DNA of 62,941 nt, filler included, from Octopus bimaculoides (GCF_001194135.2; 6 parts of 6 records of this genome joined end to end with filler, not necessarily neighbours in it); one strand, 5' to 3'. Shown: positions 13,941 to 27,682, counted from the first letter of the whole stretch. The notes: generated by a model not told the origin, from the letters alone. A program made the numbers and translations.

Positions 13941-14784
13941 GCCTCCTCGAATATGCATACATTTGTACATATACGAATATATAAGTAAGTACAATTATAC
14001 CCACTTACACTGAGAGGTAAGCTCTATATATGTGTGGGTATATATGTCTATGTAGTTTATGCAAGTATGTATGTATAGTCCTGGTTATGCTTTCAATATA
14101 TTATTTTATAAGGATACTGCCTGAACCACAACTGGTCCAGAGATATCGATTCCCAAATAATGTTGCATTTTGATGTAGAAGTCTATAGAACCGAATATGT
14201 AGTTACACTCTTACCTTTTGTATTTCTCTAAAGGCATGCAGTTTAGAAATATTACAGCATCTTGTTTGTATTTTCTACTAAGAGGAGAAAAGGAGAAAAC
14301 ACACTCACACGCATGTACATACACATGCTCACATACACATACACGCTTGCGTATGAAGATATTCAACCCAATCTCTCGCATTATTTCCTCCGGCTTCATT
14401 CGTTCTGAGTTCGAAACCCAAAATAACTACATGGCGCCCGCTCTCATGCCACTACGTAATACCGTGGTAGATTTTTATCGGAATCAGTCATGTATCAAGC
14501 ATTCGAGCCAGATTTCTACCTGCAAAGTACCTTTTCTCCCTGTCTATCGTGAATTCTCAGAGGTTATCTATTGGACTATTGGACGTATAGACTATGAGGA
14601 TCTAGTTATTCGATCAACGAAATAACCTGCTTCTAATTAAACATGTGCAGCTAATATAACTATCATGTCGACATATATATATATATATATATATATANNN
14701 NNNNNNNNNNNNNNNNNNNNNNNNNNNNNNNNNNNNNNNNNNNNNNNNNNNNNNNNNNNNNNNNNNNNNNNNNNNNNNNNNNNN

Positions 14785-14851
<67 letters not shown>

Positions 14852-14870
14852 AACACACAGATACACACAC
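14785..14870. repeat. (CA)n microsatellite
   Basis: Direct inspection. Confidence 0.95.
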
Positions 14871-15908
14871 ACTAATATGTATGCATAATAATTAATGCGA
14901 AAGAAAGTATCTACATGCATTAAACTACAGTAAGAAACACACATAATACAAGTATACATTATTTGCTAATTCACGTGCGCACATATTTTCCTCCTCCATT
15001 ATGATATATAAAAATTTACCTGTTATAATTTGAAACACCTTTAACAATGTATTAATATATATGCATATAGAACAATATAGTTACCTTCACACGCACACAC
15101 ACATACGCACACACTGCGCGCGCATCCACCCCCAGACACACTTATAACAGATCGATACTTATAATTATGCCAACGCATATAAAATTACCAGAATATATAC
15201 ACTGTTACTTGTATTTATGTGTGTGTTTCGTGTGTATGTATTTGTGTGCATGTGTATATGTTCTTACAACACTATTATCCAATTAATTGTTTGGCGTTCG
15301 AATTTTAGATGTCTGACGATATTCCTCTAGGTAATAAATATTCGAAAATGGAGTTGTTCCTCTCAATTACACACGTTAATCTTGTGGGCGTGTCAGTATT
15401 TATATAGTTAATGTACCATTCACTTGTTGGTTAACGCCAAATAGGAATCATATTATGTAGTGGATGTTCCTTTTATAGTGTTATCTCCTTAATCTTATGC
15501 ATAATGCCTTCTGAAACATTCTGCAAGAGACGATTTGGAATAAAAGTCAGACTCTATATTTCCATTTATTCCCATGTGAATACGCATTGGCTCCTACATT
15601 CCTCAGTTACACACTTTAATTCATGTTTTGTTGTTCTTTCTAGACATAACTAGAGATAAGTTCAAATGTGTGGAGACGTATTAGTTATTTGTTATTAAAA
15701 ACTTACTCATTTGTGGTAAGGATTCAGAAACTTTGTCTGAATCTATGTTAATATGAAAAACGTAACAATGATTTGTCAGTGGTTGATGGTTCTGCTGCGT
15801 GTGATCAGAATTTCGATTGGCGCTTCAAAGCCTGTCACCAATTAAATTTGACATGTATTATTATTTCTTGGTTGATTCTACGTAACTGTCAATATATAAT
15901 ATATATTA

Positions 15909-16125
15909 AGGAGGTGAGTTGGCAGAATCGTCAGCACACCGGACAAAATGCTTAGCGGCATTTCTTCTGACTTCCACGTTCTGAGTTCAAATACCACCGA
16001 AGTCAACGTTGCCTTTCATGCTTTCGAGGTCGATAAAATAAGTACCGGTTTAGTACTGGGATAGATGTAATAGACGTATCCCCTTTCCCGAAACTGCTGG
16101 CTGTGTGCCAAAATTTGAAATCAAT
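15909..16125 (+). mobile_element. tRNA-derived SINE, second family (Nin/Deu-domain-like)
   Basis: A box tggcagaatcgtcag, B box gagttcaaatac, then cgaagtcaacgttgcctttcatgctttcgaggtcgataaaataagtacc. Confidence 0.85.
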
Positions 16126-16397
16126 ATATAACATATGTAGATAGAGATACACTTTTGAATGCAGTAGAAGCACCAGCAAAACTTGTAAATATATTTGTTG
16201 GTTAATGTTGCTATCTGAAATACTACTTTGGGCTTGACGTTGTCAGGGCCAAGTTCTGACTTCTTGAAAGTCCAGGCTTATGTTACAAAACACAAACAGA
16301 CTCCTCGCACATTCACAGGCAAATGACGGTAGTCTGTCGTAGTATAATTCTGTCGTAGTATAATTCGTAAGATAATTCTGAAATTTCTTGTTAAACT

Positions 16398-16663
16398 ATC
16401 CGCACATCCTCTGATAGCAAGGGTGTGGTTGAAAGCATCTTGTTTTTATTGACCTATTATATATCCTGGAGATTAGCTCACTCCCTTCATCAAATGGACG
16501 TTGCCTGAACAGCAGCGCGGCGTACCACTCATCATGTGTCGAAATGATCACAGAACAACGTGAGATAAAGTTTGTACAAGAGAATACAGCGCACAACCTG
16601 GTCTAGAAATTGAAACCAAGATCCTGCGTGCAAAACCTTTACCCTTAGGCCATGCGGCTTCAC
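16398..16663 (-). mobile_element. tRNA-derived SINE, third head type, with a tail shared with the Dong/R4 LINE 3'UTR
   Basis: Head gtgaagccgcatggcctaagggtaaag..ggtttcaatttct..ctttatctcacgttg resembles 50205-50310; 16419-16446 is identical to 18214-18241. Confidence 0.7.
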
Positions 16664-17339
16664 ACACAAATACACTCGCGTATATGTATAAAGTATATAA
16701 ATTACTGAAATAGCAGGTTTTAGCATAAGACACAAATAAATTTACATGTCTATACCCCATATATGTCGCTCCACTCAGTGAATACATCATGTGTAGTTGA
16801 CTCAGCAAAAAATGTATATCCATATTTATGAAACCTAATTATGTAATGGTCTTGACAATATCCACAGATATTGATATTAAAAGTTTTCCCCCACTTGGGA
16901 CCGTTCAAAAGACAAACAGATAAATGGAAATTGTAATTACATACTGATTAAATCGAATTTCATTGGCCAGTAACCGTGAAGATTTAAATTGTGCCTTTCA
17001 ATGGGGAGGGATGCTAATTTGCCAGTAGATCCGTTTCTTGATTATTGTTTCTTTTATGCGACAATGACTCTGTATCCAAATATGAGATCCATTCCTCTAA
17101 TGGGAATCTATGTTAAAGCTTTGTATTATATAAACGTTGGTCACACTAGTTTGGAGTTTAGGTAAACATCAAGCAAACACCGTGTCTATGGAAATGCGAA
17201 AGTGGAGAGCATCATAACTGAATTCGACCTCAGTTATAAATAAATAGCTTGTAAATGGCATAAAAGAATTCTCAGCTTATCTTGCTATCGTACGTTCCTC
17301 TATTGTACCGTTACATAAGGTGAAATGGATCGATAAGAA

Positions 17340-17800
17340 AATAGTTCAGAAATAAGTTCTATACATTTTATAAGAAGAAGGAGAAAAACATCTTTTGTTC
17401 AGTTCATGCGAAAATAGGATTGTAGCTAATAACAGAGCATGGAATTTAAAGCCGTTGTTAAGGATTCATTTCTCATAACACATAGGCACCACGATCTTTT
17501 CAGCTCCAATAAAGGGAGAGAAAGCTGTAGTTGCTGTGTTAAAATGACATCCCAAATCCAACATCGCAAATTAAGAAAATCTCCATTGTCACAGGCAATA
17601 TTCGATTTCCCTCATAATTGTCAATTTTTGCAATCCTATCTTTTTAAAAGAAGTTTGCTATATATAGCAAGCTTCACGTCCATTGAAGAGATTATTTTAC
17701 ACGACTTACTGCAAAAAACTTCAAAGTTAAATACTAGCATATTTCTCTTATACACACTTAATTCTAGGGGTGTACACAATTATACCTTAACATCACGGTA
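17340..17800 (+). mobile_element. Internal fragment of the Dong/R4-like LINE, inverted relative to 18190-21640
   Basis: About 17595-17700 aligns to the reverse complement of about 19085-19185. Confidence 0.75.
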
Positions 17801-18053
17801 TTAAAAATGTTTCAATATCCTATCATATCTTGGCGAGAACCATACTATCCATACAAAAAAAAAACAAAAAAACAAAAACAAACAAACAAACACCCACTTT
17901 ATGTTTATACAAAAATTACAAATCCAGAGCAGAACAATATTCAATAGGAGATTTTAATCTAATTTGATTTTGATGTGAAAGGAAAATACAAAATTAATTC
18001 AAGCTAGCAGAATTCCCTGCCGAACAGCATCATTATCTATGTGTGTTATGCAC

Positions 18054-18155
18054 GAATGTATGTATGTATGTATGTATGTATGTATGTATGTATGTATGCA
18101 TGTATGTATGTAAGTATGTATGTATGCATGTATATATGTATATATGTATGTATAT
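18054..18155. repeat. (TGTA)n microsatellite
   Basis: Direct inspection. Confidence 0.93.
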
Positions 18156-18189
18156 TTGTTGTATTTCTGTTTTAAAATTAGAATAAATT

Positions 18190-21100
18190 TCGACCGGACA
18201 CCTGCTTTATAAAAAGGGTGTGGTTGAAAGCATCTTGTTTTGTTCATCATCATGTAAACCTTTCAGGTTTTTATACTCCCAGATATCGTGATTATTTGTA
18301 GTGTATGAATTAATAATAAGCGTTCGCGCTCCGGTAATCCAAGTTCCACCATACTTTACTCCAGACGGGTTGGTACATAACGTGTTGCTTCAGAAGTAGG
18401 TATGAAGCTGAAAGTATTGCGTATTGGATTTGCATATTCCTTATCAATGGTCTATAGATGGCCTCTTTCTTTTGTATTTTTCCAACTTCATTGGTGTCTA
18501 GAGATCAGCTGATTTCCACAACAGAATATATATCTTTCCTGTTTTGTTTTAACTTTGGAGGCTGTTTTAATTTTGAAGTTTCTTCAATATTCTTTTGGAC
18601 CATCAGTTTCAATTTCTTCACTTTCTTCTGTATGTATTTTTCTTTTTCTTCCTGTTCTGCCAACCGCATAAAGCCACATGTGAATATATCTGGAATGCAC
18701 TCCCTCGAAGCTGGCAATAATGTGATTGATATATTCAGTGTTGATCTAGCACAGCCTACATTAGTTGTCTGTCAATGTTTTCTGCGTTTTATGCTGTAGG
18801 TACTTGGTGAGGATCCCTTTTCCTTCAATTGCATGGAAGTAACCTTCTAAGTGGGATGTCATAAGCTTGTCGGTAGTCCATGCTAAGCTTTTGTCATGAT
18901 CAGTTCTTTCTATGGTTAGTGTTTTTCGTGCTAAGTACACATATACTATCTTGACAGTGAACTGGTCCATTTTTTTTATTGTGTCCTTTTGATAAATAAA
19001 TTTCACCAATGCACCTGGGGAAGAAATATGCATCAGCTTTCATTTCATGCCTCTTTTCAGGTCCAATAGCTAAGTCCTGTAAAGTAATTCTATATCTTCA
19101 ATGGACGTGAAGGTTGCTATATATAGCAACCTTCTTAAAATGGTAGGATTGTAAAAATAGGTAACTCAGAGGGAAATTGAATAGTTACTACCCTAATTAT
19201 TTTCTTGATTTCATGCTCACAAACTTGCGCAAGATAGTAAATGGTCTTTTCCCTTTGCTGAAGATGTTGTTTCAGTGTCACAATAAGTGCTTCACATAAC
19301 ATCAATACAAATTTGAGACTACATCCACCATCCTTGCGCAGGGGGTATAGCCTGTCTACATATCTATTGATGTTGAAGTTTTCTGTAACACTGAATAGCT
19401 TGCGAGTTAGAACATCTATCTCATTGAGTCCTTGTTGTACCCTGTTCAGAAGTCCAAAAGTGGGCGTGAGGATAGGTATTACAAAGATGTAGGCAATATA
19501 CTTGTTAGATAAGAGGTCTGATGATCATATTCTCTTTACTCTTCTGTGATATTTATTTTTGGTCCAGTCCTTATTTATGGGCCCATCATATCTGACTTTA
19601 TCATCCTGTCCAAGATACCTATAATTGTCACATGGTTGTAGAGTTTGTTTTGTATTGTCAAACCATTCATTTTTATGTTTTCAGTGGAGGGCACAACTTT
19701 AGCACATTTTGTCATAAAAAATTCACATTTAGACTAAATTTCATTCTAACATCTGTAAAATGTTGAGCATAAAATTGTGTAATGAAATGTAATTGTCTTT
19801 TTATACATTTTGTATGCAGCCGAAATTTGGTCCATACAGTTTCCGGTCATAGAAAAGACGGTAGATACTTTTGGATCTATTTCTATGGCTACTATGTTTT
19901 GTGAGGAGGTATGATAGTGTGTTTACTGAGAGGATAAAGAGCAGCTTTGCCGGGCTATCATCATGAAAGATGACTACGAACGCTATCAGATTCAATTTTC
20001 TCCTTATCACTCCTAAGGAGCAACGTACTCTACCAAGTCTTATTAAGGCGTTCAATAGCAGTTACTAGTGGTTGTGGGAGTAGCTGTAAAGCCTTGATAA
20101 TCCACCCATGTGATATAGTAGCAAACGCCCTCTTATAGTTCAGCTACACTACAACTGCATTTTCTTACTGTTTGTTCGTCCGGATCAAGTTGCTTTACAC
20201 AGCCCGACATTTGCTTTCTTTCAGCTTGTTCAAGTGTTTCGGTGATTGGCAAGCATTTCGGTGGTAATCGTTTGTTAGGGTGGTCTCGGAGGATGAGGAA
20301 AGTAGTCGCACTTGATAACATTTGGGGAAGGTTCTTGTGTACCGTTGATACTCTCTCCATACCACAATATGAGATCTCACTGATAAAAGGTTAACATCTT
20401 CAGCTAGTAACCTGATATGAGGTCTGGGCCAGGAGATGTATTGTTTGACATTTTCTGTAGAACAGTTTTCAGTATTTTACCATCTGTTTCATATTGCTTT
20501 TGCTGGGCATACTAGCAGTAACCTGCTCCAGTTCATTTAGCTATGCACCCTGTTTTTGTTTGAATTCATCATTTGTTTCCCATACAGATCTCCAGTAGCC
20601 CTTAACCTGATCTTTTGTAGGGGTGTTTTCTTGAGATTGAAGCTGCTACAGACTAACTTATGATCTCTGGCAAATAATCTATTGAGCATTTTTGTTTATA
20701 TGCTGTAGATTTATAGTGTAGTTTTTTTTAGCTGTGAGTTGTTGCTTCAGCTGGCGCCGTTTAGAGTCTAGGTCTTTGAATCCTGTATCACCGAAACCCC
20801 TGTAGATTTTTTCTAAGGTTTTCCTGGTGTGGTGTAAAGTTGTTCCCCATTTTGAATTTCATAAGTACAAAGAACTGCGATAATTCTTTATAGAAATAAA
20901 ATTTTATTTTGTAAGTTACGAGTTCGTGCTAGTTCAGGCATTCAGCTTGTACTTCGATTGCGTCGTTTCAGCTTTTTGCCATACACTAGAAATGTAATAG
21001 CAGAGACATTGATCAAAAGATAAATGGTGTCCGAGGTGGTTTTCGTACCTCTAAACTGTGTGGTCTTCAGATATTTCTTTGCTATTTCGTTAACTACTTT

Positions 21101-21640
21101 TAATTCTAATTTACTTCGTTATTTATATATACCGGTGTTGTATGGTCTGCCATTCAAATTAAGTTGGGGACCTGTTGAAACATATCATTCCAGATCACTT
21201 GTAAGGCGTGCGCAAGGTTTTCGTGTTCTGTTTATACAGCAGAGGTATGAATTTCAGCTAAATTACTGGTGTGTTGTTTACTGCTAGATTTAGCTGACCG
21301 TTCCGTCTCTCCAACAGTGGGAATGGGATGACTATCTTGAGTGACTGTTTTGTAGCGTCAGCGTACTTTGAATCAGATACTTCCATTATATATATCACTT
21401 TACATCTCATGATAAGTTATACTCCTTCATTGAGATGTATTTCGGGAAAATATGTCTTAGTGTTTGGAGTTCTACAACTTTATTAGCCTTTGCATATAAC
21501 CGAACTTTTGGGAGTCGGATTGTATATGATTGTCTTATAAATCTTTGTTGAGGTCGTAGTTCCATCGTATAAAGTGATTCTACACCAGATTTGGTTGAAG
21601 TAGACATACTTGTAACCACGATTATTTTGTTTATTTACTG
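18190..21640 (-). mobile_element. Near full-length but degenerate Dong/R4-like LINE
   Basis: Minus-strand motifs PGPDLISG, TWVDYQ, VDRLYPLRKDGG, W..DKLMTSHLEGYFHAI. The C-terminal RLE region is homologous to 24050-24240, followed by a short 3'UTR. The 5' boundary is approximate. Confidence 0.82.
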
Positions 21641-22030
21641 ATGTTTATATCTGGTTATAAAAGATTCGAGAAAGTTCTGTCACAATTAAATTTAAAGGTG
21701 TTCACAGCTTGGGTAATATTTCCTTTCAGGTTGTTTCCAATTCTACAACTACATTTCAAAGTATTCATTTAATGTTTTTGGTTTTTCTGAATTGATTTCA
21801 AATATTACTTGGTTAATTTCTTTATGCGTGTAACGTTGCATATAAATATGGCAAAATGCATCATTAATATAGACATTCTACAATATATGCAATATTTAAA
21901 CAGTTATGCAGAAATATTCGTGTGTAATCTCACCGCATTCTGTAGCTCAACTTTTACAATATTTGGTATGTTGTAGTCAATTAAGTAGCAATTACAAACG
22001 CAATTATCGGACCGATAACAACGGTCACCC

Positions 22031-22031
<1 letters not shown>

Positions 22032-22063
<32 letters not shown>

Positions 22064-22265
22064 TGTATGTATGTATGCATGTATGTATGTATGTATGTAT
22101 GCATGCATGTATGTATGTATGCATACATACATGCATGCATGCATGTTTGTATGAATGTATGTATGCATACATACATGCATGCATGCATGTATGTATGTAG
22201 GAATGTATGTATGTATGTGTGTATGTATGTATTAATATATGTATGAATGTATAAATGAATGTATG
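22032..22265. repeat. (TGTA)/(TGCA) compound microsatellite
   Basis: Direct inspection; a complementary (TACA)n lies at 22490-22560. Confidence 0.93.
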
Positions 22266-22564
22266 CATGATCTATGGTGAAAATTAACTTCATGTCGATG
22301 GTTACCTTACAAACCTACATCATTACACCAAATATGAAATCAATTAGAACAAAAACTGCACAGTTTGAAAAGTGGCCGCCAAATAGAAAAGTTCCGCTGA
22401 TGCTTTTGTACGGAAGGGAAAGATGAAAGAAGAGGTGAAAAAAAGATGGTCACCGCATCACAGCTGAAAAAAAATATAGTCGTACATACGTACTTACATG
22501 CATACGTACGTACATACATACATACATACATACATACATACATACAAAAATACATACATATGCA

Positions 22565-24440
22565 ACTGTGATCCAGAAACTCCAGGATGGAAAAGGACCT
22601 GGAAGAAACTTGTTGGGTATGGGCACAAGAAGCTAACCTTCTACCGACCATATCTTATCAATCTGTACCAGCAAGATCTTTTTAGGAACAATAGCAAACC
22701 ACACTGGCAGAGACAAAATTGATCCCCAAATGCAGAACCACTCACATGACAAAAACCTACCGGCCATTTGCATGCGAGAACTTAACGTATGAAATATATA
22801 CAGCTGGGAAAATGGGAGTCTGAGGAAGTGCCGAGCAACTGTTAATCAACAAAACTGTTATATCAGAAGTGCGAGGGCATAGAAGGAACCTAGTTTCAAT
22901 GTGGCTAGACTAGAAGAAAGCCTTTGAATTTATTCCCCACTCATGAATGCTAGATACCTTTTAACTTGCTAAAGTTCCGGTGAGCATAGTCAAAGCCATA
23001 GCTGACCTGACTTCATCGTGGGTTACCATCTTGAAATTACACACCAAGAGTGACTGTATTATCACTGATACAATACAGTATCACAGAGGCATTCCTTGTC
23101 ATTCATGTTAAGGAAGTCTGAAGGATATCTCATTGGTTCACATTGAAACAGAAATACCAAAATTACACACTGTTTCTTTGTGGATGACTTGAAACTTTAT
23201 CTAAAAATATGCATTGGTTGAAAAAGAGCCTTTAACTTGTTATAACATTCTCAAAGGATGTAGGGTTGGAGTTTGGTTTAGATAAATGTTATTATATGGT
23301 TGTGAAAAGGAGAAAAAAAACTATAAACTAAACTAGTGACACCTCCATCAATGATTTGAATGTTTTCCCTATATCTGACGAGGAGTGTTCCAGGTGGATG
23401 AAAACATATCGTATAATGGCACATGCAACAGAACGCAAGTCACTACAGTGACTCAATAAAGACAATTAGGATCTCAGAATTCTCTGCGTTCAATAAAACT
23501 GTGGCCCACAATGTGTTTACAGTGCCAGTAATCATATCAACATTTGGGCGGCTTGATTGGAAGCTGGATGAGATCCGAAACTTCGATGTGAAAACTCGAA
23601 AAATATTAACAAGCCCACATAATTTTCACATAAACATTAACGTAGCAGCAGTAAAAAAAGTAGTAAAATATGACAACCGATGCAGACTTTGTGGAATTAA
23701 CATCGAAGATATCACCCACATCATAAGAAGTTGTCCGAAAATGTCATCGCGGTGTTTTCTACCGATGAGATATGATTTTGTAACTACGGCACCTCTAATG
23801 AAATCCGTCGGAAGGATAACCCCGAGGACAAAGAAATAAGAATCCACAGTATAGTAGAAGCCATAGCCACTCATAATAAACAGAAGTGCTGGCGGAATAT
23901 CTCAGTGAAAGCCTAAATAAAATGTAAGTACAACAGACCCGATATAATGATTTGGGATAGAGAATAGAAACAGTTGTGGAAATTATCTGCCTAGCGGATG
24001 TTAACATAAAGGTGAAGATCACTGAAAAAGGAATACCTACGCTGAACTATTGAAAAATCTGCAGTTATTCTATCCATGTCCTGTAATTATTGGGGTCTTG
24101 CGATATGTAACACACTGCCTGAATACCAATCTTGAGAAATTAGGCTTCTCAAAATCAGAGAGGAGAAAGCTAATTTGAAAACTACAGATCCAATCCATCA
24201 CTGGAATTGTAAAAATTTGTAAAACTTTCCAGAAGTATAATGAGCATGTCTAGACATGCAGCTATATGCATGAAGATGCATGCATAAGGCAAAACATACA
24301 AAACTGCACGTATACATACATACATACATACAAAAATACCGCGTTGTTGATGTTGATATTCCAGTGAGGGAGCCTTGAATCTAGGTTACAAACCGACTCT
24401 TTCTCTATTGGCAAGGAATCTTGAAATAAAACTGAACAAT
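22565..24440 (+). mobile_element. 5'-truncated Dong/R4-like LINE (RT, CCHC finger, restriction-like endonuclease, 3'UTR)
   Basis: FFVDDLKLY; CRLCGINIEDITHIIRSC zinc knuckle; KYNRPDIMIWD RLE motif; LQIQSITGIVKICKTF C-terminus. Confidence 0.88.
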
Positions 24441-24885
24441 GACGTACATACACATACACACACACATGCACATATTCATATATATACATATACATACATA
24501 AATGCACACACACACACACACACATATATGTGCTATGTGATGATTGGTTTTGTGTGTGCGTATATATAAATAAACTGATATAAAGATAAATATTTCTCCC
24601 ACACATTCGATGTGTACAATACCTTTTCCATGTGTTGGTGAAGCCGCGTTCCTGTTTCATAATATACGATACATTATGCATATAAATTACATATGAATAA
24701 AAATTCCTATCTAATAGAGTTTATGCGTCATTCACGAGTAAATACTTATGCATACACATGAGCAGTGTTCTACAGATGTATATACACACACATATACAAA
24801 TGTATATATGTGTATATGTGTGAGTGTGTGTGTGTATGTATCACACAAGTGTATTTGTCTTTATACATATGTATGAATATGTACG

Positions 24886-24950
<65 letters not shown>

Positions 24951-24951
24951 A

Positions 24952-24995
<44 letters not shown>

Positions 24996-25013
24996 CATCC
25001 CTCCACTCCATTC

Positions 25014-25105
<92 letters not shown>
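24886..25105. repeat. (CTAT)n microsatellite
   Basis: Direct inspection. Confidence 0.95.
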
Positions 25106-25489
25106 GTGCGAGTGACGATACCTCTTTGAGCATGATCCTATAAATCGAAAAAAAAAAAAAATTTTTTAAAAAGAGAGAGAGAGAGCACTTCGCTCTCATG
25201 TGTCTATTCCCTGCTGAGGTTACCATGGTCTTTTCCGTAGGCTTTTCTCTCCATGGATAAACCTAATGTTACCCCATTTTACACAATTGACATTTTCTGT
25301 GATATACGACCCCCCCTCCTTTTTGCCCCTACCGATCCCTTTTGATGGGATTTGCCTTTTTTTTTTTTAACGAAAAGCTCTACAGTTGTATTTGTCTCCT
25401 CTGTGTGCAGCCCTGTGTGGCTAATAAAAGAAAGTTATCTATCTATCTATCTATTCATATATACGCAATCTGTCATTCACATGCACACA

Positions 25490-25665
25490 CACATGCAGTG
25501 TGTGCGTAGGTGTGTGTATGTGTACGTGCGTGTAGGTGTGTGTGTGTGTGTAGCTGCGTGTATGCGTACGTGTGTGTGTGTGTGTGCGTAGGTGCGTACG
25601 TGTGTGTGTGTGTGTGTATGTGAGTGTGTGTGTGTATGTGAGTGTGTGTGCGTATAGTGTGTGCC
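25490..25665. repeat. Imperfect (GT)n microsatellite
   Basis: Direct inspection. Confidence 0.9.
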
Positions 25666-26199
25666 AGTGAAAACGAGTGTGATTTATGGCTACCATATTC
25701 ACTCACATATTGTTGCAATTAGTTCTTCTTCAATAACCATTAACTTCATTCCACTGAATTGTGCGAAATGTATTTACATGATTTTAGAACCTATTTAGAT
25801 AGACAAGTGTGAATTTAAGGGTGAAGCTTTCAGCTAATAACGTGGCAATTGTCATATCAAATGCACCATTACACTCACTACATCCGCTGCATCTAGTTGC
25901 ATTATTCAATAGAAACAATTATATGAACTGATAATAATATAAAATTTTTGATAGCACAACAATTCCTTTAATCACGTTAATGACAAGTTATGCGCATAGG
26001 AAATAACGACACCATTACAATTGATAACTGAAATGGATATCTGGAAGTTATTTGTTAACTACCTAAGATATCCTAATATACCTGTCTTTTCGAGAATATT
26101 AGCGAAATAAAAAAGTGTTGCTTCTTATCATCTTAAGATTGAAAATTGTCATGAAATTCTTTCCCAGTAAAATGTAGATGCCTACCGGGGTTGATACAA

Positions 26200-26390
26200 A
26201 CACGTGAATCTATGCAGCAGGTTTTCTGCCGACCATTTTACGATCTCATTTCAAATACGGCCGTTGTCAACTATGTCTTTTAACCTGTGGGGGTCGATAT
26301 AATACAGTTCCTGTCAAATAATGACGTCATCGGGATCGCCTTAAATGAGCCCTCTAAAACTGGAGGCTGTGTGGTTAAATTAGAAATCAT
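26200..26390 (+). mobile_element. Highly degenerate Nin-like SINE
   Basis: ttcaaatacggccgttgtcaactatgtcttttaacctgtgggggtcgatataatac. Confidence 0.5.
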
Positions 26391-26392
26391 CT

Positions 26393-26548
26393 TTTCCTCC
26401 TCATCATCCTCATCATTGTTGTCATCTCCCTCCTCCTCCTCCTTTCCTCATTCTTTTCTTCTACTTCTTCTTCTTCTCCTCCTCCACCTCCTCCTTCTTC
26501 TTCTTTTTCTTTTTCTTCTTCATATTATTGCTGTTGTTGTTGTTGTTG

Positions 26549-26580
<32 letters not shown>

Positions 26581-26605
26581 GTTATTATTATTATTATTAT
26601 TATTA

Positions 26606-26658
<53 letters not shown>

Positions 26659-26682
26659 GTTGTTGTTGTTGTTGTTGTTGCT
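26393..26682. repeat. Compound trinucleotide array (CTC/CTT/TTG/ATT)
   Basis: Direct inspection; source of the poly-I/poly-L pseudo-ORFs. Confidence 0.95.
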
Positions 26683-26689
26683 ATATGAA

Positions 26690-27160
26690 ACCTCACAGCT
26701 TATTTTGCTGGGTATGATGGAAAATGTCAGCTGCCACAGCCAGCAGACTAAGGTGACCCTTGTTTACCTGTCATGCTTCAGGAAACTTGCGAAGAATTCT
26801 TGTAGTTCCAAGGAATGCTGATTTTTGTAGGTGCCCTATGTTCACACTAGCACCAATCATTTTCATCCATACTGGAGGTTGAGTGCTGATACTTCCAAGT
26901 GCATCAACTACTATTGGTATAACACCTACTCTCCTCATTGACCACAACCTTCCTATTTCCCACTTCAAATCATCATAGCTGTTTATTTTTTCTTCTTCTT
27001 TCACTTTGATCCTGTTGTCACCGGGGCATGCTATGTCGATTATCACACATGTTCTTTCTGTTTTATTCACCACAAGAATGCCCCGTTTCTGGTCCGGTGT
27101 TCACACTGGATCTTTGTATCCAATAAGATTTTGCAATTCTCATTTTCGCTGACTCCTTCT
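26690..27160 (-). mobile_element. 3' end of Dong/R4-like LINE (RLE domain)
   Basis: CVIIDIACPGDNRIKVKEEEKINSYDDLKWEIGRLW..VIPIVVDALG..LQKSAFLGTTRILRK; abuts (CAA)n(TAA)n. Confidence 0.88.
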
Positions 27161-27192
27161 GGAGTTTGCTCATTATTATTGTTATTATTATC

Positions 27193-27410
27193 AAGGCGGC
27201 GATCTTGTAGAATCGTTAGCATTCCGGGCAAAATGCTTAGCGGCATTCCATTCGCCTTTACGTCCTGAATTCAAATTCCGCCGAGGCCGACTTTACCTTT
27301 CATCCTTTCGCGGTCGATAAAACAAGTACTAACTGAGCGCCAGCTTCGATGCTATTGACTTATCCCCTCCCTCGAACATGCAGGCTTTGTGCCAAAATTT
27401 GAAACTATTA
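27193..27410 (+). mobile_element. Nin-like tRNA SINE
   Basis: aaggcggcga..gaatcgttagc..aattcaaattccgccgagg..ggtcgataaaacaagtac..gtgccaaaatttgaaac. Confidence 0.88.
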
Positions 27411-27442
27411 TTATTGTTATTATTAGTATTATTATTATTGTC

Positions 27443-27616
27443 AAGGCGGCGAGTTGGCAGAATCGTTAGCACGCCGGGCGAAATGCTTAGCAATATTTCG
27501 TCTGTCGCTACGTTCTGTGTTCACATTTCGCCAAGGTCGACTTTGCCTTTCATCCTTTTGGGTTCAATAAATCAAGTTGAAGTGAAACACTGGAGTTGAT
27601 GAAATCGACTAGTCCC
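27443..27616 (+). mobile_element. Nin-like tRNA SINE (tandem neighbour)
   Basis: Same family; both copies sit in (TTA)n context. Confidence 0.85.
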
Positions 27617-27682
27617 TATAGAAGAAAGATTATTATTATTATGATTATGATTATTATTATTATCATTATTATTATTATTATT

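Noticed and set aside
14218-14625. 135-aa plus ORF
   Set aside because: Includes a (CA)-like tract and a degenerate SINE B-box-like segment; non-ATG start; no recognisable domain.
26287-26821. Poly-Ser/Leu/Ile/Val ORFs resembling membrane proteins
   Set aside because: Translations of a compound trinucleotide microsatellite.
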